Shown here in pieces: positions 60,895-64,000 of a stretch of DNA of 64,000 bases. A program made the position numbers and the translations under genes. The stretch is from Squalus acanthias (Eukaryota). The notes beneath the pieces are model-generated. The model ran no database searches. It saw nothing but the letters and a program-made list of their open reading frames with translations, and was not told the DNA's origin. The number at the start of each line of letters is the position of its first letter. Position 1 is the first letter of the stretch. Where the stretch lies: positions 93,064,001 to 93,128,000 of the forward strand of contig CM059432.1 of the NCBI GenBank assembly GCA_030390025.1, read 5' to 3'.

Positions 60895-63870
60895 TTTTAT
60901 TCGTTCCTGGGGTGTGGACATCACTGGCAAGGCCAGCATTTATTGCCCATCCCTAATTGCCCTTGTGAAGGTGGTGGTGAGCCATCTTCTTCAACCGCTG
61001 CAGTCTGTGTGGTGAAGGTTCTCCTATAGTGCTGTTAGGGATGGAGTTCCAGGATTTTGACCCAGCGACGATGAAGGATCGGCGATATATTTCCAAGTCA
61101 GGATGGTGTGTGACTTGGAGGGGAACTTGCAGGTGATGGTGTTCCCATGCACCTTGCTGCCCTTGTGTTTCTAGGTGGTAGAGGTCACGGGTTTGGGAGG
61201 TGCTGCCGAAGAAGCCTTGGCGAGTTGCTGCAGTGCATCTTGTAGATGGTACACACTGCAGCCACGGTACGTCGGTGGTGGAGGGAGTGAATGTTTAAGG
61301 TGATGGAAAGGGTGCCGATCAAGCGGCTGCTTTGCCCTGGATGGTGTCGAGCTTCTTGAGTGTTGTTGGAGCTGCACTCATCCAGGCAAGTGGAGAGTAT
61401 TCCATCACACTCCTGACTTGTGCCTTGTAGATGGTGGCAAGGCTTTGGGGAGTCAGGAGGTAAGACACTCATCACAGAATACCCAGCCTCTGACCTGCTC
61501 TTGTGGCCACATTATTTATGTGGCTGGTCCAGTTAAGTTTCTGGTCAATGGTGACCCCCAGGATGTTGATGGTGGGGGATTTGGCGATGGCAATGCCGTT
61601 GAATGTCAAGGGGCAGTGGTTAGACTCTCGCTTGTTGGAGATAGCCATTGCCTGGCACTTGTGTGGCATGAATGTTAATTGCCACTTATCAGCCCGAGCC
61701 TGAATGTTGTCTCGGTCTTGCTGCATGCGGGCACAGACTGCTTCATTATCTGAGGAGTTGCGAATGGAACTGAACACTGTACAATCATCAGCGAACATCC
61801 CCACTTCTGTCCAAATGCTGCCTTGATGTCAAGGGCAGTCACTCTCGCCTTCGAATCACCTCTGGAATTCAGCTCTTTTGTCTATATTTGGACCAAGGCT
61901 GTAAAGCGGTCAGGAGCTGAGTGGTCCTGCCAGATCCCAAACTGAGCATAGATGAGCAGGTTATTGGTGAGTAAGTGCCACTTGATAGCACTGTCAACGA
62001 CACCTACCATCACTTTGCTGATGATTGAGAGTAGACTGATGGGGCGGTAATTGGCCGGATTGGATTTGTCCTGTTTTTTGTGGACAGGACATACCTGGGC
62101 AGTTTTCCACATTGTCGGATAGATGCCAGTGTTGTACCTGTACTGTAACAACTTGGCTAGAGGAGCAGCTAGTTCTGGAGCATAAGTCTTCAGCATAACA
62201 GCCGGGATATTGTCGGGGCCCATAGCCTTTGTTGTATCCAGTGCGCTCAGCCGTTTCTTGATATCACGTGGAGAGAATTGAATTGGCTGAAGACTGGCTT
62301 CTGTGATGGTGGGGACCTCAGGAGGAGGCCGATATGGATCATCCACTTGGCACTTCTGGCTGAAGATGGTTGCAAAAGCTTCAGCCTTGTCTTTTGCACT
62401 CACGTGCTGGGCTCTGCCATAACTGAGGATGGGGAAATTCATGGAGCCTCCTCCTCCTGTTAGTTGTTTAATTGTCCACCACCATTCACGACTGGATGTG
62501 GCAGGACTGCAGAGCTTTGATCTGATCCGTTGATTGTGGGATCGCTTAGCTCTGTCCATAGCATGCTGCTTCCGCTGCTTAGCATGCATGTGGTCCTGTG
62601 TTGCAGCTTCCCCTATTGGCACCTCATTTTTAGGTACGCCTGGTTTTGTTCCTGGCATGCTCTTCTACACTCCTCATTGAAGCAGGGTTGGTCCCTTGGC
62701 TTGATGGTAATGTTCGAGTGAGTGATATGCCGGGCCATGAGGTTGCAGATTGTGGTGGAATACAATTCTGCTGCTGCTGATGGCCCACAGTGCTCATGGA
62801 TGCTCAGTTTTGAGCTGCTAGATCTGTTCTGAATCTATCCCAGTTAGTATAGTGGTAGTGCCACACAACACAATGGAGGGTGTCCTCAGTGTGAAGATGG
62901 GACTTCGTCTCCATAAGGAATGTGTGGTGGTCACTGCTACCAATGCTGTCATGGACAGATGCATCTGCAATAGGTAGATTGGTGAGGACGAGGTCAAGTA
63001 GGTTTTTCCCTCATGTTGGTTCTCTCACCACCTGCTGCAGGCCCAGTCTGGCAGCTATGTCCTTCAGGACTTGGCCAGCTCGGTCAATAGTTGTGCTACC
63101 GAGCCACTTTTGGTGATGGACATTGAAGTCCCCCACCCAGAGTACATTCTGTGCCCTTGCTACCCTCAGTGCTTCTTCCAAGTGGTGTTCAACATGGAGG
63201 AGTACTGATTCATCAGCTGAGGGAGGGTGGTAGGTGGTAATCAGCAGGACTTCATGGGGTCCGGAGTCAATGTTGAGGATTCCCAGGGTCACTCCCTCCC
63301 GACTGTAAATCACTGTGCCGCCACCTCTGGGATGGTGATGGAGGAGTCTGGGACATTGGCTGAAAGGTATGATTCTGTGAGTATGACTATGCCAGGCTGC
63401 TGTTTGATTAGTCTGTGGGACAACTCTCCCAATTTTGGCACAAGGGCCCAGATGTTAGTGAGGATGACTTTGCAGGGTCGACTGGGCTGGGCGTGCCGTT
63501 GTTGTGTCCGAAGTCGGTGCCGGGTGGTCCATCCAGTTTTGTTCTTATTATTGTTTTCTGTAGCAGTTTGTTACAAATTGGGTGGCTTGCTAGGCCATTT
63601 CAGAGGGCAGTTAAGAGTCTGGAGTCACATATAGGCCAGACCAGGTAAGGACAGCAGATTTCCTTCCCTAAAGGGCATTCGTGAACCAGATGGGTTTTTA
63701 CGACAATCTGATAGTTTCATGGTTACCATTACTGACACTAGCTTTTTATTCCAGATTTATTTAATTATCTGAATTTAAATTCCCCAGCTGCCGTGGTGGA
63801 CGTCTCTGGATCATTAGTCCAGGCCTCTAGATTACTAGTCCAGTAACATAGCCACTATGCTACCGGTCCC
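60895..63870 (-). mobile_element. Near full-length EN+RT LINE with tRNA-like 5' head, no ORF1 and an internal RT deletion
   Basis: APE start ILTNIWALVPKLGEL...IVILTESYL near 63460, then VGDFNVHH, NYRPISLLSIISKV and MFADDC. Deletion junction at about 61810. Head GGGACCGGTAGCATAGTGGCTATGTTACTGGACTAGTAA at 63870-63832. Confidence 0.85.
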
Positions 63871-64000
63871 ATTTTGGGTTCTATGTAAGAGTGGGTGCAG
63901 GCAATATGCTTCTTGTGTAACTTCACTTGTCTGGTATCTCTTCTTAGTTCCTCCTCTTTTTCCTCCAAATAACAGCAATTCAATAGTGTAATAGTAATAG

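Overview
Eukaryotic, repeat-dominated non-coding DNA, most likely intronic or intergenic sequence from a cartilaginous fish (inferred from HER1-like CR1 LINEs and SacSINE1/DeuSINE-like SINEs). I found no confident host protein-coding gene, rRNA, tRNA gene or CRISPR array; one weak exon candidate lies at 20176-20273. Main components: (1) a near full-length Tx1/L1-clade retrotransposon (31022-40484, minus) inserted into the tRNA-derived head of a SINE, and itself invaded by a nested MITE pair, a Penelope fragment with a hammerhead ribozyme, and a young CR1; (2) a two-gene PIF/Harbinger transposon (54929-58856; spliced Myb/SANT gene plus HARBI1-like transposase) that, with two MITEs, interrupts an older Harbinger transposase; (3) many Harbinger-type MITEs with 3-bp TSDs and a shared extended target preference, including two independent inverted dimers of one ~750-bp MITE; (4) Penelope-like GIY-YIG elements and fold-back derivatives carrying minimal hammerhead motifs; (5) four copies of an EN+RT LINE whose longest copy has a tRNA-like head and no ORF1; (6) L2, CR1 and SINE fragments. 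Family names come from motif recognition by eye, not database searches, and boundaries without TSDs are approximate.
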